Source: Tequatrovirus BCH953P2
Sequence record: OZ035785.1
DNA: 64,000 nt
Reading direction: 5' to 3' (one strand)
Shown: positions 33,903-45,262 of the stretch, one piece after another
Numbering within the stretch: position 1 is the first letter of the stretch
How the letters are laid out: every line of letters starts with the position of its first letter
The notes under the pieces: model-generated
The model's input: only the letters and a program-made list of their open reading frames with translations
Databases searched by the model: none
What the model was told of the DNA's origin: nothing
Made by a program: the position numbers and the translations under genes

Positions 33903-34357
33903 AGAGAGTCTCTTAATAGGTTTAACACATCAATAAATTCAGCTTCGGTTAGTATTGTATCATCTTTTGTTAGACCACTAGCCATGCTGTGCTTCAAAAC
34001 TTTTCCTTTCGAGGCTTGTAATGCATCACGAAAGCCCTTGTTTTGGATCGCTGCTTCAAAATATGCATTTGTGTATAATTCTTTCCACGCCGGGGAGTAT
34101 CTTGAAAACGGAACTCCAAGCCAAAAGAGGGTCCCACGGTCCTGAGCTCTAGCATAAGACCTTCCAGCTTGTTGGGCGGCAAGCCCGGATAACCCAAATA
34201 TACGACGTTGTTGTTCAACATTTTTCACCTTACACCCTTGGAGGAATCCTTCAAGACCTCCAAATTGAATACCATCCATAACGAAAGGCCATTGGGCGAA
34301 ATTACTTAATGCGCATGATGGCCATCTAAAATTGCTTCTAATCTCTAACTCAGACAT
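33899..34357 (-). CDS. NADAR / YbiA-like (DUF1768) domain protein (T4 30.3 position)
   Basis: 152 aa from ATG 34357; the segment LSNFAQWPFVMDGIQFGGLEGFLQGCKV aligns with the YbiA/NADAR core FSNFAAWPIKVDGKTWPTSEHYFQAQKF recalled from E. coli YbiA. Confidence 0.65.
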   Translation of the reverse strand: MSELEIRSNFRWPSCALSNFAQWPFVMDGIQFGGLEGFLQGCKVKNVEQQRRIFGLSGLAAQQAGRSYARAQDRGTLFWLGVPFSRYSPAWKELYTNAYFEAAIQNKGFRDALQASKGKVLKHSMASGLTKDDTILTEAEFIDVLNLLRDSL

Positions 34358-34556
34358 TTTCAATACTTATAATTTCAACATCAGCCCAATGACCATAGCA
34401 AGGAAGACGAAATTCAACTGGCCAGTTAGGGTCCTTTTCTAATATAATAGACTTAACTTGTGGTTCTTCATGTTCATCAGTATATGGATTTTTATCTGTT
34501 ACTTTATATGTGACCTTAATGTACTGAATTCCAAAAATCTTATTAATTATATTCAT
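34350..34556 (-). CDS. Hypothetical small protein
   Basis: 68-aa ORF, ATG start, overlaps neighbours by a few nt in an early-gene array. Confidence 0.6.
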   Translation of the reverse strand: MNIINKIFGIQYIKVTYKVTDKNPYTDEHEEPQVKSIILEKDPNWPVEFRLPCYGHWADVEIISIENV

Positions 34557-34750
34557 ACTAGTTCCTTTAATCCGTAAATAGGAGATAATTCATCACCCAT
34601 ACGAAGGTCTTCATTCCCATCTACCCAAGAAACAATATAAGCCTCTTTTATTTGAATACCACTCCATTTAAATGGAGGTAGAACCTTAGAAATTAATCCA
34701 GGTATACCAACTCCCTTTAATTCAACTGTTTGACCTAAAAAGAATTTCAT
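34553..34750 (-). CDS. Hypothetical small protein
   Basis: 65-aa ORF, ATG start, tightly packed with neighbours. Confidence 0.6.
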   Translation of the reverse strand: MKFFLGQTVELKGVGIPGLISKVLPPFKWSGIQIKEAYIVSWVDGNEDLRMGDELSPIYGLKELV

Positions 34751-35037
34751 TAGAACCTCATCTGAAACCCGTGCGATTTAACATTACCGCCGCCAATATC
34801 AGAAATGTTAATTTCACGCGCAATTGAAGGGTCAATGTCAATTTCACGATTGAGTTTAGTGATAGCTAAAGTATCACGCCCATTTACAGTACGGAACTCT
34901 AAAGGACAAACCACATCAACGTAGTTTTTAATCGATTCGCTAGTAGGCTGCAAATGAGCAGGAAGGTCTTTAGGCGCCTTTGAGAAAACCACTTCACAGA
35001 AATTTTTGCGGGTATCAAAATAAGTAGTCATAAACAT
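34750..35037 (-). CDS. Hypothetical protein
   Basis: 95 aa from ATG 35037 (GAGGA SD); the ORF-track start at 35094 would read through a GGGGC-UUCG-GCCCC hairpin. Confidence 0.6.
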   Translation of the reverse strand: MFMTTYFDTRKNFCEVVFSKAPKDLPAHLQPTSESIKNYVDVVCPLEFRTVNGRDTLAITKLNREIDIDPSIAREINISDIGGGNVKSHGFQMRF

Positions 35038-35054
35038 AATATTTTCCTCAGTAA

Positions 35055-35068
35055 GGGGCCGAAGCCCC
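35055..35068 (-). terminator. Inter-cistronic UUCG hairpin
   Basis: GGGGC-(UUCG)-GCCCC between the stop at 35078 and the proposed ATG at 35037. Confidence 0.5.
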
Positions 35069-35077
35069 CATTTTATT

Positions 35078-35443
35078 TTAAATATCAAATTCATTAAGAA
35101 CTACATCAAAGATTGCTTCAAGATGCTCAGGTTTAGCTCTGTTACTCAGAATATGACGAATCCAAGTTTTAACCAAAAGCTTGCGATTAACGCCATTCCA
35201 GCAAGGATGAGTCCCTAAATCGCGTTCACGGAAATCATCATCCAGAGCGATTTTGAAGTTGGAACCTTCCATTGTGATTGAAACCGTGATACCGTTTTCA
35301 AATCGCATATAAACGTAGTTAGGAGTCATATACTGTTCAATTTCGCATACTGATCCATTTTGATGTTTCCAAAGGCAAATAGTATCAATAGAACCTGCAA
35401 TACCATTAGAAACATATTTACGTTCAAAGTTGATGTAGTTCAT
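35078..35443 (-). CDS. Hypothetical protein
   Basis: 121 aa from ATG 35443 (GGAG SD); the ORF-track start is a TTG. Confidence 0.65.
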   Translation of the reverse strand: MNYINFERKYVSNGIAGSIDTICLWKHQNGSVCEIEQYMTPNYVYMRFENGITVSITMEGSNFKIALDDDFRERDLGTHPCWNGVNRKLLVKTWIRHILSNRAKPEHLEAIFDVVLNEFDI

Positions 35444-35510
35444 TTTATTCTCCAAGATGTTTAATTGCGGTACAGGTATATAATATCATATCCTGTACCA
35501 AAGTAAACAA

Positions 35511-35843
35511 TTATTTTACTACTTTCCAATGCTGCATGTCAAGTTTACCAACTTTTTTCATCTTCTCAATTAAGCGTTCTGCACGTTGACGAGCTGTAAC
35601 ATAATGCCATTCGCCTAATTCATTTTGTTCAATTTTTCCAACGATTACTGTATTCAATTCATAAATCCAACCAGTAAAGAAATTATGAACTTGAATTGTA
35701 AAGGTGAAATCTGTTCCCATACCTTCTGTTGTTTCTACTTCAATAATATCACCTTCAACTGCCATTAAGAACCACATAGTTTCATCATATTTACCATTGA
35801 AGCATTTAGTTTTAACTGCAGCGTTCAGATTAATCGTTTTCAT
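35511..35843 (-). CDS. Hypothetical protein
   Basis: 110-aa ORF with ATG start. Confidence 0.65.
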   Translation of the reverse strand: MKTINLNAAVKTKCFNGKYDETMWFLMAVEGDIIEVETTEGMGTDFTFTIQVHNFFTGWIYELNTVIVGKIEQNELGEWHYVTARQRAERLIEKMKKVGKLDMQHWKVVK

Positions 35844-35930
35844 TTTATTCTCCTTTGTTTGTGTAAGATAATACTATCACAAAGGAGCTATACTGTAAAC
35901 AACTTTGTGCAATCTTTGGAAAAATAAAAA

Positions 35931-35948
35931 GGACTCCCGAAGGAGTCC
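35931..35948 (-). terminator. Intrinsic terminator (minus strand) after the basic small ORF
   Basis: GGACTCC-(UUCG)-GGAGTCC followed on the minus strand by UUUUUAUUUUU. Confidence 0.7.
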
Positions 35949-35953
35949 TCAAC

Positions 35954-36172
35954 TTATGCTTTCTGCTTACCAAAACGAGAAGCATCATCTCGAAGAACCG
36001 CACGTGCTCGGCGCATGATCTTCTCAACAGTTTGATTGATACGAGAGTTCGACCCACGCTTGTAACCAGCGCGTTTAGAATCACCAACTTTCTTTTCAAC
36101 TGCTTTCTTTGCTTTAGCTTGTTTTGCCATTATAAATTCTCTTTTAAATGAAAATGCAGGACTTATTGGCAT
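35954..36172 (-). CDS. Small highly basic protein (possible nucleic-acid binding)
   Basis: 72 aa (58 if started at the internal ATG 36130), Lys/Arg-rich; followed by a hairpin plus U-run terminator on the minus strand. Confidence 0.55.
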   Translation of the reverse strand: MPISPAFSFKREFIMAKQAKAKKAVEKKVGDSKRAGYKRGSNSRINQTVEKIMRRARAVLRDDASRFGKQKA

Positions 36173-36376
36173 TGCCTGCGAAAGCCCTCAAAGGGGTACT
36201 TAGGTTTTTGGATATTTAACGACCAGGATAACCATAAACCCGTCATCATTCACATTCAAGAGGTACACCATAAAACTGCCGGGGTCTTAAAACTATAATG
36301 ATTCGCAAATCATTAATCAGACAGTTCGATGGCTCCTCGATTTTAGCTCACACTAAGGCAGTGAATCTCCAATAAA

Positions 36377-36625
36377 TTACTTCAGTGTTACCACAAAGTG
36401 ACGAACTGCTTTTCGTGCAGCAGAAGCCAAAGGCTTAGCATATTTAAGTTCATCTTTTTCCTGAAGCTCAGCAGCTAATGCAGTTTGAGCAGGATTCAGA
36501 TGTTTGAAATAACGCAGGATTTCAAGAGCTTCGGCTTCAACATCAATAGATGCGCCATAGTTTTCGTGACCATTATTCCATGCGTTTCGTTGCAGTTCAA
36601 GAGCGTGTTGTAATTGTTTAATCAT
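36377..36625 (-). CDS. rIII: rIII lysis-inhibition accessory protein
   Basis: 82-aa ORF, same length and position (between the 30.x ORFs and gene 31) as T4 rIII. Confidence 0.85.
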   Translation of the reverse strand: MIKQLQHALELQRNAWNNGHENYGASIDVEAEALEILRYFKHLNPAQTALAAELQEKDELKYAKPLASAARKAVRHFVVTLK

Positions 36626-36764
36626 TTAAAAATTCTCGTTAGAGATTAAAACTCGGTAGTCACGTTCTTCTGAATTTCATCTTCTTTCGACAGATCTCTC
36701 AGTTGTAGACTACCACGTAGAATTGTTCGGTTAACTTATTATTCCGACACCCAATTCATATTAT

Positions 36765-36772
36765 TATTTATA
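36765..36772 (-). promoter_or_regulatory. T4-type late promoter upstream of rIII (minus strand)
   Basis: Minus-strand TATAAATA immediately downstream of the gene 31 stop. Confidence 0.55.
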
Positions 36773-37108
36773 TCACTTATAAAGACATGGAATAGCTTTA
36801 TAGTGACAAGTAACGAATTTTTGTTTAATTTCTTTTGGCTGCTTAAGACCCAGAGCTACAAAAGGATGCGGAACATTTCGAATTTGACCAACTGGAAGAG
36901 AAGTCAAATCACCAACTTCGCAGAAACCTTTAGGAACATCAGGACCAACAGAGTGAACTACACACAATTCAGGAACTTCACCTTGAACACGTTTACCGAT
37001 AATAAGTCCTGATTCTGTAACTTCTTCATCACCGGCTTGTGCAGGTTCAGAAACTAAAATAACATATTCACCGACAGCACGAATTGGTAGCTGTTGTACT
37101 TCAGACAT
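36773..37108 (-). CDS. 31: gp31 co-chaperonin (GroES analogue)
   Basis: 111-aa ORF, same length as T4 gp31. Confidence 0.9.
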   Translation of the reverse strand: MSEVQQLPIRAVGEYVILVSEPAQAGDEEVTESGLIIGKRVQGEVPELCVVHSVGPDVPKGFCEVGDLTSLPVGQIRNVPHPFVALGLKQPKEIKQKFVTCHYKAIPCLYK

Positions 37109-37164
37109 CGTTTTTCCTTTTTGCTAACAGATGAATTAATAATAACAAATAATTCTTAAAGCAT

Positions 37165-37473
37165 TTATTTACCAATAAATTGAAGCAAATGCTCAACTTT
37201 CATACCATTAACAGAAATCAATTTGTCAATAGAAAAACCTCGCCAAGCGCCAAGTTCAACATCAAATACTGGAATCATGTCAGTAGATTCTTTCCGAGTA
37301 GATTCAGTCAATTTACCAGTTTGCATGGTTGGCATAAAGTCTGCATCACGCGTACCTTTCATAGTACGAATAGTACCATCAGACTTTTCAAAAACTACGT
37401 TTGAAACACCCATGGACAGTTTAGTTTTCAAAATTTCACGAATTGCTACTTTCTGCTCAGTTGTCAGTTTCAT
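37165..37473 (-). CDS. Hypothetical protein (T4 31.1 position)
   Basis: 102-aa ORF with ATG start. Confidence 0.7.
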   Translation of the reverse strand: MKLTTEQKVAIREILKTKLSMGVSNVVFEKSDGTIRTMKGTRDADFMPTMQTGKLTESTRKESTDMIPVFDVELGAWRGFSIDKLISVNGMKVEHLLQFIGK

Positions 37474-37710
37474 TTATTTACCTATTACAGTTTTAATATG
37501 AGTTGTTCCACGTTCTTTAAGGGTGGAAAGTAATTTTTGGCATTTTTCTAAATCAGATTTCCAACTATATGGTTTATCAATACAAACCCAATTTGTCTTA
37601 TAATACTGTTTCCATTTAGAGAAAAAATATTTCTTATACTCTACAGCAAACGAGATGTTCTCATTAGAATAAGAACTAATTGCTGTGAGCTTTACCAAAC
37701 GAAATTTCAT
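37474..37710 (-). CDS. Hypothetical protein (T4 31.2 position)
   Basis: 78-aa ORF, start overlaps the cd stop. Confidence 0.65.
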   Translation of the reverse strand: MKFRLVKLTAISSYSNENISFAVEYKKYFFSKWKQYYKTNWVCIDKPYSWKSDLEKCQKLLSTLKERGTTHIKTVIGK

Positions 37711-38291
37711 TATTCACCGCAGAATTCGTTGATATTTTCCCAGTTTAACTTATTCAAGTTTTTCTTAGGAACATTAAACACTTCAATACCTGCATTTCGC
37801 AGAATATCATCCCAGCCAGGTTTATTTTTATCATATGTTTCGCAATAAACCAGCTTTTTAATACCAGATTGAGCTATCGCTTTTGCACAATCTGGACAAG
37901 GAGAAAGTGTTACATACATAGTAGCACCTTCAATAGAAGAACCATTTCGTGCAGCAAACAAAATTGCATTTAGCTCAGCATGAATTTCATTTTTAGACGA
38001 CCATTCAGAGTGAGCACTACGATGTTCTTTCGCCAAGACAAAACGATCAGTTGAACCAAATGATACGCATTCAGGCTTATGGCCTTGAATGATAGTATGT
38101 TTAGGCTTATTCAGCAACCAACCTTGCTCAGCAGCATAATCACAACAGTTCACACCCCCTGCGGGTGAACCATTATACCCAGTAGAAATAATACGTCCAT
38201 TCTTTTCAATTACTGCTCCTACCTTCCAGGAGCAACATTTTGATTCCTGCGATACTAAATATGCAATTTGAAGTACTGTACTCGCTTTCAT
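37710..38291 (-). CDS. cd: dCMP deaminase
   Basis: 193 aa; zinc-binding HAELNAI and SPCPDCAKAI motifs of cytidine/dCMP deaminases. Confidence 0.95.
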   Translation of the reverse strand: MKASTVLQIAYLVSQESKCCSWKVGAVIEKNGRIISTGYNGSPAGGVNCCDYAAEQGWLLNKPKHTIIQGHKPECVSFGSTDRFVLAKEHRSAHSEWSSKNEIHAELNAILFAARNGSSIEGATMYVTLSPCPDCAKAIAQSGIKKLVYCETYDKNKPGWDDILRNAGIEVFNVPKKNLNKLNWENINEFCGE

Positions 38292-38626
38292 TTCATAATC
38301 ACCAGATAAGCAGATTTAGCAGTTTCAACACGATAAATTTCGTGACGAAGTTTAGTTATACTTTTAATAACAGAACTAATTATATTCTGCCCATCTTTAA
38401 AGCGGTTTTTCTTATCAATAAAAACTGCACCAGTCATCTTTTTGTGAAGCTCAACTGGATACTTCGTCACAATAATAGCATCATACACAGAAGGATGAAT
38501 ACTATTCACCAGAGTATCATTCATTAAAGTTATTCTAATGAACTTTGCTGTTTCAGAGTCAAGCGCTCTATGATCACCAGTATCATTTTCAAGACAATTA
38601 TCAATTATATCAGTTAAATTCATCAT
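38288..38626 (-). CDS. Hypothetical protein (cd.1 position)
   Basis: 112-aa ORF, ATG start, 4-nt overlap with cd. Confidence 0.7.
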   Translation of the reverse strand: MMNLTDIIDNCLENDTGDHRALDSETAKFIRITLMNDTLVNSIHPSVYDAIIVTKYPVELHKKMTGAVFIDKKNRFKDGQNIISSVIKSITKLRHEIYRVETAKSAYLVIMK

Positions 38627-38859
38627 AGTACGCCATACACCCTTTGTGCTTCAACTAATCCATCAAAATCCAGTTTAAGATGCGATATTTGATCGCCATC
38701 ACCTGGATTCACAATTACTAATACTGAACGAGGAGTTTCGGTAATAACACGAACCGATGTTTCAGGAAATCGTTCAGAAACCTTATTTACCAATTCCTGC
38801 GCAAATAGTTTAACTTTTTCTTGGAATTCTTTAGCAGTAATTGGTTTTTCACTTAGCAT
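38623..38859 (-). CDS. Hypothetical protein (cd.2 position)
   Basis: 78-aa ORF, ATG start. Confidence 0.65.
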   Translation of the reverse strand: MLSEKPITAKEFQEKVKLFAQELVNKVSERFPETSVRVITETPRSVLVIVNPGDGDQISHLKLDFDGLVEAQRVYGVL

Positions 38860-39380
38860 GTTGATCCCAGCTCCTTACTTTCAACGTTTTTAACTAATTT
38901 GACAGAAACTAATTCAGCATCTTGAGTAATCATTACCGGGCCTTCTTCATACTCTTCAAGATATTCTAGAGCTTTCTTTTTAGCTTCTTCCTTCGTATCA
39001 GTTTGAGCATAGATATAAAACATACAACCAGTAATACCTACTACTTTCCACTTAATTTCTTTATCAGTTTTAATTTCAAATTTACTGACAGAATCATCTT
39101 TTTGAACTTCTTCGAAAAAAGAATATTCTAACATATAAGCAATTGAAAATAACGGGCTAACTTTATAAGATTCGCCCATTACATCAACAGCTTTATACCA
39201 GCAGTCATCAATTTCGCGTTTAATGCTAATAACATTTTTCGCAGGATCTATTTTTACTTTAAATGAATTTTCCCCAATAAACTGGGCAATTCGTTTATTA
39301 GCCCCGCAAGTTTCATTAAAAATATCTTTATACCCAGTTTTAAAGCGATAAACCTTATCTTCTTCAAACCATTCGCTCAT
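38853..39380 (-). CDS. Hypothetical protein (cd.3 position)
   Basis: 175-aa ORF, ATG start. Confidence 0.7.
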   Translation of the reverse strand: MSEWFEEDKVYRFKTGYKDIFNETCGANKRIAQFIGENSFKVKIDPAKNVISIKREIDDCWYKAVDVMGESYKVSPLFSIAYMLEYSFFEEVQKDDSVSKFEIKTDKEIKWKVVGITGCMFYIYAQTDTKEEAKKKALEYLEEYEEGPVMITQDAELVSVKLVKNVESKELGSTC

Positions 39381-39441
39381 TTCAATTTCCTCATTTGTTT
39401 GGTAGAGCTATAATATCACAACTCTACCGTAAAGTAAACTA

Positions 39442-39717
39442 TTAAATTGCTTTGAATTCTGCTGTCTGCGATTCAAAACGAATATCGCCTTTGATGACTA
39501 GCTCAGCATCAAGACCGAATACAACAATGATATGCGCGGAACCTGGATACAGCGTAATGGCGATAGAATCCACCTGGTCTGGAAGCAAAGTGTTCAATAC
39601 ATGAGTCACTTGAGCATGGATTCGAAGCTCAGCTGCATTATCAAGTTTTTCAAACATATTATTAGCGATAATTTGGCTAAACACTACTTCTACGATTTTA
39701 GAGTAAGTCGGAAACAT
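39442..39717 (-). CDS. Hypothetical protein (cd.4 position)
   Basis: 91 aa from ATG 39717 (GAGG SD); the ORF-track start is a TTG. Confidence 0.6.
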   Translation of the reverse strand: MFPTYSKIVEVVFSQIIANNMFEKLDNAAELRIHAQVTHVLNTLLPDQVDSIAITLYPGSAHIIVVFGLDAELVIKGDIRFESQTAEFKAI

Positions 39718-39781
39718 ATTTACCTCACATAATTTTCTTCGAGCCAATTAATAATAGTCCAAGTTTCATGGTGCCAAGCCA

Positions 39782-40982
<1,201 letters not shown>

Positions 40983-40986
<4 letters not shown>

Positions 40987-41213
40987 TTATTTTTCTCAAC
41001 TAATGATTGAATATAATCATGTAGGTCTTTAGATGCTTTGCCCCACTTATTTTGATATTCATTTTTGAGATTAGCACGTGATTGAGCTAATAAAACATCA
41101 TTAGTTGGAGGTAAAGATTCTAACCGCTGAATCTGGCGTCCATAAATCATTGCAGCCATCTCGGATTCATAAATCAATCCTTTGAGATGTTCAAATTGAT
41201 GCCATGAAATCAT
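40983..41213 (-). CDS. Hypothetical protein
   Basis: 76-aa ORF, overlapping neighbours. Confidence 0.65.
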
Positions 41214-41509
41214 TTACATTTATCCTCTTTTAGCTCTTGACGATAATAACATATCATAGTTTTCTGGTCATGTACATATCGTTTTACATCATTAAGCCAA
41301 ATACGAAATTCCTGGGAATCTTCAAATGGCATACCGACCCAAGCTTTACCATCGATAACTTTAACTTGCCAAGATAGTTTAGCTTCATCATATGACTTTA
41401 TTTGTACAGGCCAATTAGGATGAACTGTTTCTTTCTTTACTTCTAGAGGCTTTGTCGAACAACCAACTAGAAGACCAATAGATAATATTACTGCTGATAG
41501 TTTAATCAT
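41210..41509 (-). CDS. Outer-membrane spanin (o-spanin) lipoprotein, putative
   Basis: 99 aa; signal peptide ending in lipobox LLVGCS; directly downstream of a TM plus coiled-coil ORF. Confidence 0.7.
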   Translation of the reverse strand: MIKLSAVILSIGLLVGCSTKPLEVKKETVHPNWPVQIKSYDEAKLSWQVKVIDGKAWVGMPFEDSQEFRIWLNDVKRYVHDQKTMICYYRQELKEDKCK

Positions 41510-41859
41510 TTAGAAAGGTCCTGGATGTCTTCTGCGAACTTGTTGAAGGAGTTGTTGATTTGTTTTTCAACCAATCCTGGCTTATGAGCCACCACATCCG
41601 CCTTCTTTGCGTCTTTGCGCAGTTTTTCATTTTCACGCTCAATAGCAGCAATTGCCTCACGATTTTTATTATTCATCGCATCAATATAATTATACTGAAT
41701 TCGCAAATTATTTAATGCTAAGGCGTTTTCATTGGCCGTTTTTGTAATTTCTACAACAGACGTTTCTAATCTTTCAATTTTATTTTTTAAAATTAAAGAA
41801 GTTCCGCCTAATGCAATTACAATTAATAGCAAACCTGTTGTCGTATTACTTAATTGCAT
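41506..41859 (-). CDS. Inner-membrane spanin (i-spanin), putative
   Basis: 117 aa; N-terminal TM helix (GLLLIVIALGGTSLIL) followed by a coiled-coil-like periplasmic domain. Confidence 0.7.
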   Translation of the reverse strand: MQLSNTTTGLLLIVIALGGTSLILKNKIERLETSVVEITKTANENALALNNLRIQYNYIDAMNNKNREAIAAIERENEKLRKDAKKADVVAHKPGLVEKQINNSFNKFAEDIQDLSK

Positions 41860-42356
41860 AAAGTTTTAATAACCTCTATAATATCGTCTTGAGAAAGACC
41901 GTTAATTAAAATATGATGTTCAGCTGGAGATTTAGAAATTTTAAAGCATGCCGCAACATCTTCTGCCATATCCGATGCGCTACGATTTGGATTACTAATT
42001 CCAAGACGATGTTTTCCCGTTAAAGGATTAACGATAATATAGCATTTACAGCTATTGATATGAACATTAGGTTGAGTCTGATTAATGAACACTTCACAAT
42101 CATACTTAGCGAGTTGATTTTCTAAAAAGACTTTCATCTCTTCAACCGCATCAGGAAGCATATCACGGGCTTGCTCAAGACGACGATTTCGATATTCTTT
42201 AATGGTCGTTTTCCGCTTGACTTGCTTAGCTAAATCTTTCTTAAGATCAGTGATATATCCAACTCGACGATTTCCTTTGAATACAGAAATCCCATCTGTA
42301 GTATCACCGTATGCTTCAACGACCATTTCAGTAGTAATAAGTTGTAAATCCATCAT
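41850..42356 (-). CDS. alc: Alc, inhibitor of host transcription
   Basis: 168-aa ORF between the spanins and rnlA as in T4; preceded by a promoter-like 54-bp module. Confidence 0.85.
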   Translation of the reverse strand: MMDLQLITTEMVVEAYGDTTDGISVFKGNRRVGYITDLKKDLAKQVKRKTTIKEYRNRRLEQARDMLPDAVEEMKVFLENQLAKYDCEVFINQTQPNVHINSCKCYIIVNPLTGKHRLGISNPNRSASDMAEDVAACFKISKSPAEHHILINGLSQDDIIEVIKTLCN

Positions 42357-42360
42357 AAAG

Positions 42361-42414
42361 TCCTCATGTTATGTCAGTAAGACTACTATAACACAACACG
42401 AGGGACTTGTAAAC
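42361..42414 (-). promoter_or_regulatory. Early-promoter-like module plus leader (copy B), upstream of alc
   Basis: 54 bp identical to 26934..26987; GAGGA SD then the alc ATG. Confidence 0.6.
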
Positions 42415-42417
42415 AGC

Positions 42418-44005
<1,588 letters not shown>

Positions 44006-44013
44006 AATAAAAT

Positions 44014-44027
44014 GGGCCTTGCGGCCC
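44014..44027 (-). terminator. Hairpin between nrdB and denA
   Basis: GGGCC-TTGC-GGCCC in the 27-nt intergenic spacer. Confidence 0.45.
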
Positions 44028-44032
44028 ACTCC

Positions 44033-45211
44033 TTAAAAGTATTTTTTAAAACTCATCATAACTTTATCATCAACATCATTATCAATCTGTGCAACAAGGT
44101 AAGATGACAGTTCTACTTCTTGTGGCGCGGATTGAACATTATCAGAATTAAGATATTCACGAATCCAAGGATATGGGTGTTTAACCGGAGCATCGGTAAT
44201 TGGGCATGGAAGACCACACTGTTTCATACGAGATACAGTTAAGTAATCAATAAAGCTCCACATGCTATTTGTATTTAATCCAGGAACATCGCCATCTTTA
44301 AATAAATGAACTGCCCAATCTTTTTCTTGGCGGTTAACTTCCATGAAAATATCAACTGCTTCTTGTTCACACTCTTGAGCAATTTTAACCCATTCATCAC
44401 CATCAGTACCGGATTGAAGCTGACGAATAATATATTGAGTGCCTTTAAGGTGAAGCTGCTCATCACGTGCAATGAACTTCATAATCTTGGCATTACCTTC
44501 CATGATTTCCATGTTCTTATGGAAGTTAAAGGTACATGCGAAAGATACATAAAAACGAATAGCTTCTAAGGCATTAATAACGTGCAAACAGAGGTAAAGA
44601 GATTTCATTAGCTCACGCTTCCAATATGTCTCATGCTCAATAGCATCTTCAATAACGTCTTCGTCTGCATTAATTTCTTTTTGGTATTCGATATCAGCTT
44701 TAGCGTTTTCCCAATAACGAGTTTTAATCAGAACATCATCATAATAACGTCCAATGGATTCAGCACGTTTCATAATAGCTTCATCTAATACAATTTCATC
44801 AAATACCTTCGATGGATCAGTATAAAGATTTCGCATGATATGTGTATATGAACGGCTGTGAATAGTTTCACTAAAAGTCCACGTAGCAACCCATGTATCA
44901 AGGCTTGGGTCTGAAATTAATGACATAAGTACAGCAGACGGCGCACGGCCCTGAATGCTATCCAAAAGTGATTGATACTTCAGGTTATTAGTAAAAATAT
45001 TTTGCTGATACTGAGGAAGCTTATTAAATTGCGCAGCATCCATCATTAAGTTTACTTCTTCAGGACGCCAGAAAAATGATAAGGACTTCTCTGTAAGTTC
45101 TTCAAATACTCGATGCCGTTGAATATCATAACGCGCAATACCAAGACCTGAACCAAAAAACATAGGTTCTTTTAAAACATCAACTGGATTTGTATTAAAA
45201 ACTGTGCTCAT
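44033..45211 (-). CDS. nrdB: Ribonucleotide reductase beta subunit (NrdB), uninterrupted
   Basis: 392-aa continuous ORF with the di-iron/tyrosyl-radical protein architecture; no intron-sized interruption. Confidence 0.95.
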   Translation of the reverse strand: MSTVFNTNPVDVLKEPMFFGSGLGIARYDIQRHRVFEELTEKSLSFFWRPEEVNLMMDAAQFNKLPQYQQNIFTNNLKYQSLLDSIQGRAPSAVLMSLISDPSLDTWVATWTFSETIHSRSYTHIMRNLYTDPSKVFDEIVLDEAIMKRAESIGRYYDDVLIKTRYWENAKADIEYQKEINADEDVIEDAIEHETYWKRELMKSLYLCLHVINALEAIRFYVSFACTFNFHKNMEIMEGNAKIMKFIARDEQLHLKGTQYIIRQLQSGTDGDEWVKIAQECEQEAVDIFMEVNRQEKDWAVHLFKDGDVPGLNTNSMWSFIDYLTVSRMKQCGLPCPITDAPVKHPYPWIREYLNSDNVQSAPQEVELSSYLVAQIDNDVDDKVMMSFKKYF

Positions 45212-45262
45212 AAATTTTCCGCTTAGTTAATAGTTGGTGACTCGTCCATGAGTCAAATTATA

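Noticed and set aside
35845-36099. 84-aa minus-strand ORF overlapping the basic small ORF in another frame
   Set aside because: It reads through the terminator hairpin at 35931-35948 and has hydrophobic junk-like composition; the overlapping basic ORF 35954..36172 is preferred
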